In this document: piece after piece, positions 8,206 through 16,702 of the stretch
How positions within the stretch are numbered: position 1 is the first letter of the stretch
Layout of the letters: every line of letters begins with the position of its first letter
DNA from: Dehalococcoidia bacterium
Lineage (GTDB): Bacteria; Chloroflexota; Dehalococcoidia; Lucifugimonadales; UBA3495
Direction of reading: 5' to 3'
Assembly: GCA_965205495.1 (NCBI GenBank)
Contig: CBDBHA010000002.1
Span: 1,782,326 to 1,846,325 of the forward strand
DNA: 64,000 bases
Program-made: the position numbers and the translations under genes
The notes under the pieces: generated by a model
Told to the model about the DNA's origin: nothing
What the model saw: only the letters and a program-made list of their open reading frames with translations
Database searches by the model: none

Positions 8206-10254
8206 TTAGGCGCGTTCCTCTTCCTTGGCCCGCTTGGTTTCCTGGACCACGCGCTGTTCGATGTTTTGGGGTACAGGTTCGTAGTGGTCGAACTGGAACA
8301 TATAGCTGCCGCGTCCCTGGGTCAGGGAGCGCAGGTCCTGAGCGTAGCGTTGGACTTCGGAGTGGGGCACTTCGGCTTCAATGGTGGTGAACCGCTCTTC
8401 GGGGGTCATGCCCAGAATGCGGCCCCGCTTGGTGTTGAGGTCGCTCATGACGTCGCCGGTGTAGGCGTCGGGGACCAGCACGGTGAGCTTGACGATGGGT
8501 TCCAAAAGGATGGGGTTGGCGTCGGTCATGCCCTTCCTGAAGGCCTGGGAACTGGCGATTTCGAAGGAGACTCCAGAGGAGTCAACATCGTGGTAGCTGC
8601 CGTCGTAGATGACCGCCTTCATGTCGACCACGGGAAATCCGGCGACGATACCTTCTTCCATAGTCTTGACGATGCCCTTTTCCACCGAGGGGATGTACTC
8701 CCGCGGCACCCGGCCGCCGACAATTTCCGAACCGAACTGGAAGCCCTGGTCGCGGTCCATGGGCTCAAGACGGAGGAGGACGTGGCCGTATTGGCCGTGG
8801 CCGCCGCTCTGCTTTTTGTGACGGTACTCGGACTGGGTGACCTTGGTGATGGTCTCCCGGTAGGGGACGCGAGGCAACTTGGTCTCCAGTTCGGCGCCGA
8901 ATTTGCGCTTAATCTTGTCGATGGCGACATCGATTTGGGCTTCCCCGAAACCGGTTAGGACCATTTCGCTGGTCTCGATCTGGCGGGAGAGGCGGAGGGT
9001 GGGGTCTTCTTCGACGATGCGGCTGAGGGAGGTGGACATCTTATCCAGGTCGGCCTTGGTAGCGGGGGAAACGGCAACGCTGTAGAAGCCCCGGGGGAAC
9101 TCGATGGGCTCGAAGGAGACCTGGTGGTCGCGGGTGCAGAGGGTGTCGCCGGTGACGGTGGCGGCCAACTTTCCGATGGCGCCGATGTCGCCGGCGGAGA
9201 CTTCAGTGATGTTTTCCTGGGACTTGCCCCGGGGGAGGTAGAGCTGGCCGATGCGCTCCGACTGGTTGCGGGCGCTGTTCCAGACTTCGGAGTTGCTGTT
9301 GATGGCACCGCGGAAGACTCGGAACACGGACAGCTTGCCGACGAAGGGGTCGGCGGTGGTCTTGAAGACGAAGGCCGCCAGCGGAGCGGAGGGATCGACA
9401 TCGAACTCGGCGTCGTTGCCGGAGGCGTCCCGCATGGCGGGCTTAACGCCGTCTCCGGGAGAGGGCAGAAATTCGTACATCATCTCCAGGAACTCTTCCA
9501 CACCCACGTTCTGGGTGGCGGAGCTGGCGAGGATGGGAATCAAGTCGCCGCTGGCGATGGCGGCGGAAGCACCGGCCACCACTTCGGCGTCGGTCAAGTC
9601 CTCGCCTTCCAGGAACTTGTCGGCCAGGACTTCGTCGGCCTCGGCGACGGCTTCGATCAGCCGTTCGCGGGCGAGTTCAAACTCATCGGCAATCTCGGCG
9701 GGGATTTCCGCGGGGGGATGGACCACGCTGATGACGCCCTTGAATTCCTGGGCGTCGCCCAAGGGGAGTTGGAAGGGAACGCACTGACTGCCGAAGGTGC
9801 CTTGGATGTCGGCGACGGTGCGGGAGAAGCTGGCGTTTTCGCGGTCCATCTTGTTGACCAGGAAGACGCGGGGAAGTCCGGCGTTGCCCGACAGTTCCCA
9901 GGACCGCTCGGTTCCCACGTCGACGCCGGAAGGGGCCGGGACGACGATAACGGCGGATTCGGCTACGCGAAGACCGGCGACAACTTCGCCGACGAAGTCA
10001 TCGTAGCCCGGGGTATCGAGGAAGTTAACCTTGCGGTTGCCAGTGGCGCAGGCGACGAGGGTGGTCTGGATGCTGCCGCGGCGCTTAATCTCTTCGGGTT
10101 CGTAGTCGGAGACGGTGTTGCCGTCCTCGATGGCGCCGATGCGGGTGGTAGCTTTAGCGTTGAAGAGCAGGGCCTCACACAGCGAAGTTTTGCCGGCCCC
10201 GCTGTGGGACAAGAGGGCCACGTTGCGAATGTTCTTGGGGTCGATGCTGGGCAT
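8206..10254 (-). CDS. elongation factor G family GTPase (stand-alone paralog, not in an str operon context)
   Basis: 682 aa from the ATG at 10254 (GGAGGGG 9 nt upstream). G1 SHSGAGKTS, DTPGYDDF and NKMD motifs, and full five-domain EF-G length. Confidence 0.9.
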   Translation of the reverse strand: MPSIDPKNIRNVALLSHSGAGKTSLCEALLFNAKATTRIGAIEDGNTVSDYEPEEIKRRGSIQTTLVACATGNRKVNFLDTPGYDDFVGEVVAGLRVAESAVIVVPAPSGVDVGTERSWELSGNAGLPRVFLVNKMDRENASFSRTVADIQGTFGSQCVPFQLPLGDAQEFKGVISVVHPPAEIPAEIADEFELARERLIEAVAEADEVLADKFLEGEDLTDAEVVAGASAAIASGDLIPILASSATQNVGVEEFLEMMYEFLPSPGDGVKPAMRDASGNDAEFDVDPSAPLAAFVFKTTADPFVGKLSVFRVFRGAINSNSEVWNSARNQSERIGQLYLPRGKSQENITEVSAGDIGAIGKLAATVTGDTLCTRDHQVSFEPIEFPRGFYSVAVSPATKADLDKMSTSLSRIVEEDPTLRLSRQIETSEMVLTGFGEAQIDVAIDKIKRKFGAELETKLPRVPYRETITKVTQSEYRHKKQSGGHGQYGHVLLRLEPMDRDQGFQFGSEIVGGRVPREYIPSVEKGIVKTMEEGIVAGFPVVDMKAVIYDGSYHDVDSSGVSFEIASSQAFRKGMTDANPILLEPIVKLTVLVPDAYTGDVMSDLNTKRGRILGMTPEERFTTIEAEVPHSEVQRYAQDLRSLTQGRGSYMFQFDHYEPVPQNIEQRVVQETKRAKEEERA

Positions 10255-10460
10255 AGCTAATTTCCCCTCCCAAAGCAGGATATTCGTTGCCGCAAAAGGG
10301 CCGCGAACCGGGGGCACCCGTTGGCGGTTCCCAGCGGGACCGGTCCGAACTGGGTATTCTTGGAATCATTCTATATAGGAAGGCCTGCCAGTGCAACTTG
10401 GATAACGGCGGGGGGTGCCGAACAAGAAGCGGGCCGTTGGGCGTCCGGGGATTCTCCAAT

Positions 10461-10488
10461 TTGACAGGGGTGCGTCAGCGGTTATAAT
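10461..10488 (+). promoter_or_regulatory. near-consensus sigma70 promoter upstream of the RidA-family gene
   Basis: TTGACA (10461-66), 16 nt, TATAAT (10483-88). It leaves a leader of about 80 nt. Confidence 0.6.
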
Positions 10489-10575
10489 TCAGCCACTAAA
10501 AAACTGGGCGGCGTCTGGCCGGTCCGGTAGGAGGCGGCCCCGTTTTTGATGTAATCCAACGTCAAAAGGACGATA

Positions 10576-10962
10576 ATGGCACGAAAAGAAGCGATAAACT
10601 CGGCGGCCCTATCCCCGGGGAGGGGCCTTCTTTCGCAAGCGACCCGGTTCGGGAATATGGTCTTTGTCCAAGGCTGCACCGGCAGGCATCCCACCACCGG
10701 AGAGGTGGGGGTGGGGATTGAAGAGCAGACCCGTTTCACGCTGGAGCGGATCAAGACCATTTTGGAGGAGTGCGGGACGTCGATAGACAACGTGCTGACC
10801 AACACCTGTTACCTGGCCCGCAAGGAAGACCTGGCGGGGTTTAACGAGGTCTATGCCGAGTATTTCCCGGACAACCGGCCCGCCCGGACCGCGATAATCG
10901 TTGAGTTTGGGGCGGAGGACAACCTGGTGGAGGTTACTTCCACCGCGGGGATACCGGACTAG
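10576..10962 (+). CDS. RidA/YjgF/endoribonuclease L-PSP family protein
   Basis: 128 aa. GNMVFVQGCTG..., NTCYL.. and PARTAI..VEV are typical YjgF family blocks. Confidence 0.88.
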   Translation: MARKEAINSAALSPGRGLLSQATRFGNMVFVQGCTGRHPTTGEVGVGIEEQTRFTLERIKTILEECGTSIDNVLTNTCYLARKEDLAGFNEVYAEYFPDNRPARTAIIVEFGAEDNLVEVTSTAGIPD

Positions 10963-10992
10963 GGAAAAGCGGCGGTTTAGGGAGGGACGACG

Positions 10993-11226
10993 GTGGCAGC
11001 CAAAGCCTTCATCCTGATTGAGGTCCAGGTGGGCCGGACAACCCAGGTGGCGGAAGCGCTGCGGGGGATACCCGGGGTCCGGTTCGCCGATGTCATAACC
11101 GGGCCCCACGACGTTATCGCCTGCGTTGAAGCCGCCGACATGACTACGGTAGCCGAAACGGTTACCGGGCAGGTGCAGGGTGTACGCGGGGTCTTGAAGA
11201 CCATCACCTGCGTGGCAGCCGGTTAG
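10993..11226 (+). CDS. stand-alone Lrp/AsnC-type ligand-binding (RAM) domain protein
   Basis: 77 aa. AFILIEVQVGRTTQVAEALRGIPGVRFADVITGPHDVIACVEA matches the AsnC C-terminal domain pattern. GGGAGG precedes the GTG. Confidence 0.7.
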   Translation: MAAKAFILIEVQVGRTTQVAEALRGIPGVRFADVITGPHDVIACVEAADMTTVAETVTGQVQGVRGVLKTITCVAAG

Positions 11227-11267
11227 TTTTTAGGAAGGCACCGGATCCAACCCCGGGCCGGGGGATT

Positions 11268-11355
11268 CAGGACGCTTGCCAGGCCGGGTACGACCTGGAT
11301 TGCCGCCTTCGCGGGAATGACGATAGGTGTTCGTAGGGATTTTGCAATTGGCCTG
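11268..11355 (+). repeat. repeat family F1 (MITE-like), copy with an internal deletion
   Basis: CAGGACG|CTTGCCAGG..GGATTGCCGCCTTCGCGGGAATGACG..TTTGCAATTGGCCTG. It lacks the ATTGCAAAGTG..GGGA segment found in full copies. Confidence 0.8.
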
Positions 11356-11367
11356 GGGTAATGGCGG

Positions 11368-11679
11368 TTAAGGGGTCTTCTTGAATACGATGTGGGTGCG
11401 GTTGGTGGTGTGGGGCCTGATTTCGCCGGGCCAGTCCCCTTTTTCCGACTCGGCTAGCCAACCTTCGCTAAAGGGGATGTCCGGCGAGTCAACCTCGTAG
11501 ATGGCGGCGTAGCGGGCCACGCCTTCCACGTCGGCGGACACCAGCTTGTAGCGAGTGCAGGAATGGACGCCGGGGGCGTTGCAGATATTTGGGACGTGCT
11601 GGGTGTCGTAGACCCGGTTGAACTCTTCCTCTTTGTCGGCGGGGATATCCATCTGAACCAGGTAGATATAGTCTGCCAT
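11368..11679 (-). CDS. small alpha+beta protein (EthD/dimeric alpha-beta-barrel-like by eye), paralogous to both halves of the 22279 gene
   Basis: 103 aa from the ATG at 11679 (GGGAGGG 7 nt upstream). YLVQMDIPADKEEEFNRVYDTQHVP resembles MVWVDVPADKDEEFNRWYNEEHIP at 22279. Confidence 0.6.
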   Translation of the reverse strand: MADYIYLVQMDIPADKEEEFNRVYDTQHVPNICNAPGVHSCTRYKLVSADVEGVARYAAIYEVDSPDIPFSEGWLAESEKGDWPGEIRPHTTNRTHIVFKKTP

Positions 11680-11753
11680 TTTTACCCTCCCTAAGATTGG
11701 TCCCAAGTTGTTCCGCCATCAATTCCCAGCGGAGGGGGCCTCGGTTCACCGGG

Positions 11754-11857
11754 CAGGACGATTGCAAAGTGATGTTTTTGTGAGGAAAAGGGACACTTGC
11801 CAGCCATGGTCCAACCTGGATTCCCGCCTGCGCGGGAATGACGGCAGGTGTTCGTCC
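11754..11857 (+). repeat. repeat family F1, 3'-truncated copy
   Basis: CAGGACGATTGCAAAGTG...GGATTCCCGCCTGCGCGGGAATGACGG, with the right terminal inverted repeat missing. Confidence 0.8.
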
Positions 11858-12000
11858 TGATTCGCCGGGAACTCCGGTTGACCTGGTGGATGGCGTTGGA
11901 GTAAAATCGGGGCATCAGCGACCGGCAGTGGGACGCTCCCTCAGCGACCCCCCTCTTCGGAGGCCGGCCGCTCCTTTTTTGCCTAAAACCTTCGCCCGGC

Positions 12001-12549
12001 CTAGTAGGTCAGGGCGTCGGCTACGCCGTCGGGAAGCTCGACATCCAGGGCTTGGAGTGTATGGGCCAGGCCGTGGTAGTAGGCCACCACCACCAGGACG
12101 TCGACAATGGCGGCGTCGCCAATCTGGGCGCGCAGGGCATCGAAGCTGGCGTCGGAAACCCGGTGCTGCCGGAGGAGTTCCAGGACGAATTGGACCACCG
12201 CGCCATCGGAGGGTGACAACCCGGCGGGAGCGCGGTACTCGTGGATGGCGGCGATAACGTCGTCCTCCAGATTCGCTTCCTTGGAGGCCCGCTGGTTAAC
12301 GGTCCAGACGTAGTGCCCACAGGCTTCGCGGGCTGCGGTGAGGATGGCCAGGGCCTTGACCCGGGGGTCCAAGGGGGTCTCGAACCGGACGTAACCACCG
12401 AAAGCGGCAAAGTTGCGGGCGGCTTCCGGGTTGTTGAGGATGGCGGAATAGTTGCGGGCTACCCCGCCCCGGGTGCTTTCGATTTCGTCCCAGGCGGCCT
12501 GACCATCCGGGCCGATGGTTTCGCGGGTCATTAAGGGTACACGGGCCAT
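12001..12549 (-). CDS. carboxymuconolactone decarboxylase (AhpD-like) family protein
   Basis: 182 aa from the ATG at 12549 (GGAGGAATTGTC upstream). Full-length paralog of the 30708 gene, both ending in LD/FEVxLPDGV. Confidence 0.8.
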   Translation of the reverse strand: MARVPLMTRETIGPDGQAAWDEIESTRGGVARNYSAILNNPEAARNFAAFGGYVRFETPLDPRVKALAILTAAREACGHYVWTVNQRASKEANLEDDVIAAIHEYRAPAGLSPSDGAVVQFVLELLRQHRVSDASFDALRAQIGDAAIVDVLVVVAYYHGLAHTLQALDVELPDGVADALTY

Positions 12550-12610
12550 GACAATTCCTCCAACGTAGAGTGGATTTAGGGGACATTCCGGGTACAAGAG
12601 AAATCCTCAC

Positions 12611-12733
12611 CAGGACGATTGCGATGTGATGTAATTCTGAGGGAAATGGACGCTTGCCAGGAAGGGTAGGACCTGGATTCCCGCCTGCACGGGAATGACG
12701 ATGGGTGTTTGGAGGGGCTTTGCAATTGTCCTG
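12611..12733 (+). repeat. repeat family F1, complete MITE-like copy
   Basis: Terminal inverted repeats CAGGACGATTGC.. and ..GCAATTGTCCTG, central hairpin ATTCCCGC-ctgc-aCGGGAAT, flanked by AAATCCTCAC and AAACCCTCAC direct repeats. Confidence 0.85.
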
Positions 12734-12797
12734 AAACCCTCACCCCCACCGCTTGAGTCCGGTCCAGGGGTGAGGGTTTAAAGCGCGGGTTTACGGG

Positions 12798-15086
12798 TTA
12801 ATTATCGGCGGCTTGGAGTTGAGAGGAGCCGCCGTCCTTCTCCCACAAAGCTTCCAGGATGGCGCCCGGGGACATGGGGAGACGCTCCATGCGGGTGCCG
12901 ATAGCGTCGTGAATGGCGTTGGCAACCGCTGCCATTGGGGGAACTATGGGCACCTCGCCGACGCCTCGGACGCCGAAGGGATGGCCGGGGTTGGCCACTT
13001 CGACGATGACGGTCTCAATCATGGGCAGGTCCAGGCTGGTGGGCATCCGGTAGTCCAGGAAGCTGGAGTTGACCATGGTGCCCTGATCGTTCATGAAATA
13101 CTCTTCGTTGAGGGCCCAGCCGATACCTTGGACGACGCCGCCCTGCATCTGGCCTTCCACGTAGCTGGGGTGGACTGCCTTGCCCGCGTCCTGGACGGCG
13201 GAGAAGCGAAGGACGGTGACCTTGCCGGTGTCGGGGTCGACCTCTACATCGGCGATATGGGTGCTGAAGGCACCGCCGGCGCCCTTGGGGTCGACGCTGA
13301 CCTGGCTGGAAACGGGTCCGCCGGTGCGGTTGAGTTGGCCGGCCAGTTCCTTGAAGGAAATGCGGAGTTCGGGTTCGGACTTGTGCTGGAAAACGCCGTC
13401 GACCAGTTCCACGTCGTCAGCGGAGACGTCCCAGATGGTGGAGGCCCGGTCAATCATCTTCTGCTTGATGTCCTGGGCACATTCGTAGGCGGCCCAGCCG
13501 CTGGCGAAGGTGACCCGGCTGCCGCCGGTGAGGAAAGTGTAGCCCACGGAGTCGGTGTCGGCGACGCTGGGGTGGACATCTTCGGCGGGGATGCCCAGGA
13601 CCTCGGCGGCCTGCATGGCGATGGAGGCGCGGGTGCCGCCGATGTCGGTGGAACCCTCCACCAAGATGATGGTCCCGTCGGGGTTGACGCCGATGCTGCA
13701 ACTGGAGGGCATACCGATGTTGAACCAGAAGCCGGAAGCGACGCCCCGTCCCCGGTTGGGGCCGGTCAGGGGGGTGTTGTAATGGTCGGTGTTGCGGGCG
13801 GCTTCGACGACTTCAACGTTGCCGATGCGGGGGTAGACCGGGCCGTCGACGCGGCGGGTGCCTTCCTTAGCGGCGTTGCGGAGGCGGAATTCCAGCGGGT
13901 CGATTCCCAGGCGGCGGCTTAGTTCGTCGACCACCTGCTCGCCGCCGAAGGCAGCGATGGGGGCGCCGGGGGCGCGGTAAGGCGCGACCTTGGCCTTGTT
14001 GTCGACCACGTCGTAACCCTGGGAGCGGACGTTTTCAACGTCGTAGGGCGCGAAGATACACTGGGCGCCCATGGTGACGGGAGAACCGGGGAAGGCGCCG
14101 GCCTCCATGGCCAGGGTGGCTTCGGCGGCGGTAATCTTGCCGTCGTTGGTGGCGCCCATCTTAATCTTCATCCAGGAACCGGAGGTGGGGCCGGTGCTTT
14201 CGAAAACGTCGATGCGGGACATGAGCAGTTTGACGGCTTGTCCCGACTTCTTGGAGAGAACGGCGGCCAGGGGTTCCAGGTATATGGGAATTTTCCCGCC
14301 GAAACCGCCGCCAATTTCCATGGGGACAACGGTGATCTTGGAAACCGGCATGTCCAGAACCTTGGCGAGGGACTCGCGGGCGGAGAAGGAACCCTGGGTG
14401 CTGGTCCAGACCTTCAGTTGGCCGTCGGCGTTCCAGAGAGCGGAAGCGTTTTGGGGCTCGATGTAGCCCTGGTGAACGGTGGTGGTATTGAACTCGCGTT
14501 CGACGATTACGTCGGCGGCGGCAAAACCGGCTTCCAGGTCGCCCAACTCATAGCTGAAATGGGTGGCGATATTGCTGTGCTTGTCGCTGTCTTCGCCCAG
14601 CTCGTTGGTGGTCATTTCTTCGTGAAGCAGGGGAGCGCCGCCGGCCATGGCGGCCTGGACCGTGGTAACCGACGGGAGGACCTCGTATTCCACTTCGATC
14701 AGGGCCACCGCAGCTTCGGCGACGTGGGGATTGGCGGCGGCGACGGCAGCGACGGGATGGCCTCTATAGAGGACTTTGTCCCGGGCCAGCACGTTGTCGC
14801 TGGCGAAGCGCATACCCTGGTCGGGGTTTTCCATCTGGGAGATGGGCAGGTCTTTGACGGTGACCACCGCCTTGACCCCGGGATAGCCTTCGGCCTTGCC
14901 GGTGTCGATGGACTTGATGCGGGCGTGGGCGTGGGGACTGCGGAGGACCGAGCCGTGAAGGAGGCCGGTCATCTGGAAGTCGCCGCCGTATTTGGCCCGG
15001 CCGGTAACCTTGTCCGCGCCGTCGTGACGGATGGGACGGGTGCCGACCACGTTATATTCAGTGTTGGACAAAACGATATTGGCCAT
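12798..15086 (-). CDS. xanthine dehydrogenase / aldehyde oxidase / CO-dehydrogenase family molybdopterin-binding large subunit
   Basis: About 762 aa from the ATG at 15086 (GAGGTG 7 nt upstream). N-terminal a/b-hammerhead (RHDGADKVTGRAKYGGD) and Mo-binding blocks (GGGFGGK, PYRAPG, GxxE near the C-terminus). Confidence 0.9.
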   Translation of the reverse strand: MANIVLSNTEYNVVGTRPIRHDGADKVTGRAKYGGDFQMTGLLHGSVLRSPHAHARIKSIDTGKAEGYPGVKAVVTVKDLPISQMENPDQGMRFASDNVLARDKVLYRGHPVAAVAAANPHVAEAAVALIEVEYEVLPSVTTVQAAMAGGAPLLHEEMTTNELGEDSDKHSNIATHFSYELGDLEAGFAAADVIVEREFNTTTVHQGYIEPQNASALWNADGQLKVWTSTQGSFSARESLAKVLDMPVSKITVVPMEIGGGFGGKIPIYLEPLAAVLSKKSGQAVKLLMSRIDVFESTGPTSGSWMKIKMGATNDGKITAAEATLAMEAGAFPGSPVTMGAQCIFAPYDVENVRSQGYDVVDNKAKVAPYRAPGAPIAAFGGEQVVDELSRRLGIDPLEFRLRNAAKEGTRRVDGPVYPRIGNVEVVEAARNTDHYNTPLTGPNRGRGVASGFWFNIGMPSSCSIGVNPDGTIILVEGSTDIGGTRASIAMQAAEVLGIPAEDVHPSVADTDSVGYTFLTGGSRVTFASGWAAYECAQDIKQKMIDRASTIWDVSADDVELVDGVFQHKSEPELRISFKELAGQLNRTGGPVSSQVSVDPKGAGGAFSTHIADVEVDPDTGKVTVLRFSAVQDAGKAVHPSYVEGQMQGGVVQGIGWALNEEYFMNDQGTMVNSSFLDYRMPTSLDLPMIETVIVEVANPGHPFGVRGVGEVPIVPPMAAVANAIHDAIGTRMERLPMSPGAILEALWEKDGGSSQLQAADN

Positions 15087-15319
15087 AACCAATCACCTCG
15101 TTTTTGGGTGTGGGATGCTGTTGGAGGGAATCACTGGGATTTGGAGGGGATTGTAACACAAGGGCAGGAAATCAATCTAACCGGGAGTTGGGTGAAGGTG
15201 AAGAACCTAACCTTCATCGCCACCAGGCGGTTTGCCCCCCGGTTTCCCCACTTTACGGATGGACAACCGAAAGGCCCTGCGAGTGTACCGGCCTTTAGGG
15301 CTGACGCCGAAGGATTGAA

Positions 15320-16534
15320 TCAGAAAAACGAAGTGCCAATGGCTATCACGGCCACTGTCAGGCTCGCCAACGCGAGAGCAACAAGCCAAGTGGGGCGCCG
15401 ACGGTCTTTCCTCGGGGCGCCGCTGGTTACATCCCACGCAAACTTGGTTTTGCAGTCGGTATCTTTGCAGAAAAAAAGACGGTACTCGTCAAGAGGCAGG
15501 TCCCATTTGGCAGCCTTGATTAGGCGATAGGCGACTGTGCCACCCATCAGCACTATACCCGCGCCGGCAAGTACGGGTCCCGCAGGTCCTAAAGCCGGAG
15601 GAATCCCGACCAAAGCCGCACCCTTCGCCACGCCCGCCACCGCAACAGTGGTACCAACGCCAACAGCACCCGCGCCCGCTGTATTCTTAGCTGCATCTCC
15701 TGCCGCCTGCCGACCAGACTTGCGCCCACGCCTCCAGTGAAAGAAGTTTTCCAGCCCTGAGACAGGGGCTTCCATGGCAGCGGCAACAACTCCACCTTTA
15801 GCAGCGCCTTTGGCAGCGGCAACAACTCCACCTTTAGTAGCGCCTTTGGCAGCGGCACCAAATGCCGCGCGTCGGTTAACGGACTTAACGGCGGCGAGTT
15901 CAGTGGAGGTCATGTTGCTGCCGCGTCGGGCCCGGTTCTTTTTGATGCTCTCCCAGACGACATTGTCTGACGTCTTGGCCATGTCGGGCATCTTGGAAAC
16001 GGAGCATACGTGACTGGCGTCCTTGCCTTTAATGAATTTCAGAATGGCCTTCTCGCCCTGATTTTGGACGGCGACCGGTACACTGGTCTGGTAGAATTGC
16101 TGCGCCTGTGCAGCGGTACGGGTTCCGAGGCCGCGACCTAGCCCGGCACGTTGAAAACGTCGCTGTGTTTCATGGTTGAGATTGTGCCATGCGCCAGTCT
16201 GCACCCGCTTGACAACGTCAGCCCCTGGTATCCCGAGTCCGGGCGTCCTAACCCGGCTAAAAACACCACCTCTATCGGCCGTTACCCTTTCATCTTCTGA
16301 CCCTGTTAAGGGTGCAGGCCATGCATAGAACTCCTGGATTGTGGTACGCGTGCCTTTGGGTATACATTCGCCACAATAAGCACAGCTTGTTGCCTCTTTA
16401 ACCTCCGTCGGCGTGACCCCATGGGCAAGCCACCTGATATAACATGGCGGGCCGCACGCGGCACATTGGGCACAATTGATACAGAAATTTTCGTATTTTC
16501 CCCGACGAAAATGCTCCGGCATGATTTCGGGCAT
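15320..16534 (-). CDS. Cys-rich, Gly/Ala-zipper membrane protein of unknown family
   Basis: 404 aa. N-terminal CINCAQCAACGPPC and CAYCGEC, central basic region with AWHNLNHE, tandem AAKGAxKGGVVAAA, a Gly/Ala-rich hydrophobic stretch and a C-terminal TM (WLVALALASLTVAVIAIG). The locus is A/T-richer. Coding may extend upstream to 16618 across a TAA. Confidence 0.55.
   Translation of the reverse strand: MPEIMPEHFRRGKYENFCINCAQCAACGPPCYIRWLAHGVTPTEVKEATSCAYCGECIPKGTRTTIQEFYAWPAPLTGSEDERVTADRGGVFSRVRTPGLGIPGADVVKRVQTGAWHNLNHETQRRFQRAGLGRGLGTRTAAQAQQFYQTSVPVAVQNQGEKAILKFIKGKDASHVCSVSKMPDMAKTSDNVVWESIKKNRARRGSNMTSTELAAVKSVNRRAAFGAAAKGATKGGVVAAAKGAAKGGVVAAAMEAPVSGLENFFHWRRGRKSGRQAAGDAAKNTAGAGAVGVGTTVAVAGVAKGAALVGIPPALGPAGPVLAGAGIVLMGGTVAYRLIKAAKWDLPLDEYRLFFCKDTDCKTKFAWDVTSGAPRKDRRRPTWLVALALASLTVAVIAIGTSFF
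15776..15858. repeat. 36-bp in-frame tandem repeat, 2.3 units
   Basis: GGCAGCGGCAACAACTCCACCTTTAG(C/T)AGCGCCTTT occurs twice (15776-15811 and 15812-15847, 1 mismatch), followed by 11 nt of a third unit. It lies inside the 15320 gene. Confidence 0.9.
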
Positions 16535-16702
16535 TTGCGACAGGCAATCCGTCCCGGCGTTTATTTCGTGGCCGCACTCCGTACAGCGAAAATCTTCCTC
16601 GGCTACTACTTACCACATACTTTGCCCTCCCGAATTTGTTGACTGCGGCTTATTCTACAGCCCAGCGCTTTAACGAACACCGGCCCGGGGTTCGGCTGAC
16701 GC

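Noticed and set aside
9124-15530. Long plus-strand ORFs 9124-10260, 12813-13922 and 14238-15530 opposite the EF-G and Mo-hydroxylase genes. The same pattern occurs at 32301-33731, 33936-35093, 57379-58524 and 59028-59861.
   Set aside because: All are Gly/Val/Ala/Asp-rich mirror translations of well-supported genes on the other strand.
16398-16616. 72-aa minus-strand ORF starting at the GTG inside ATGTGG upstream of the Cys-rich gene
   Set aside because: It is an Arg-rich alternative frame overlapping the real coding frame. The in-frame CTEC-containing peptide is the more plausible reading.
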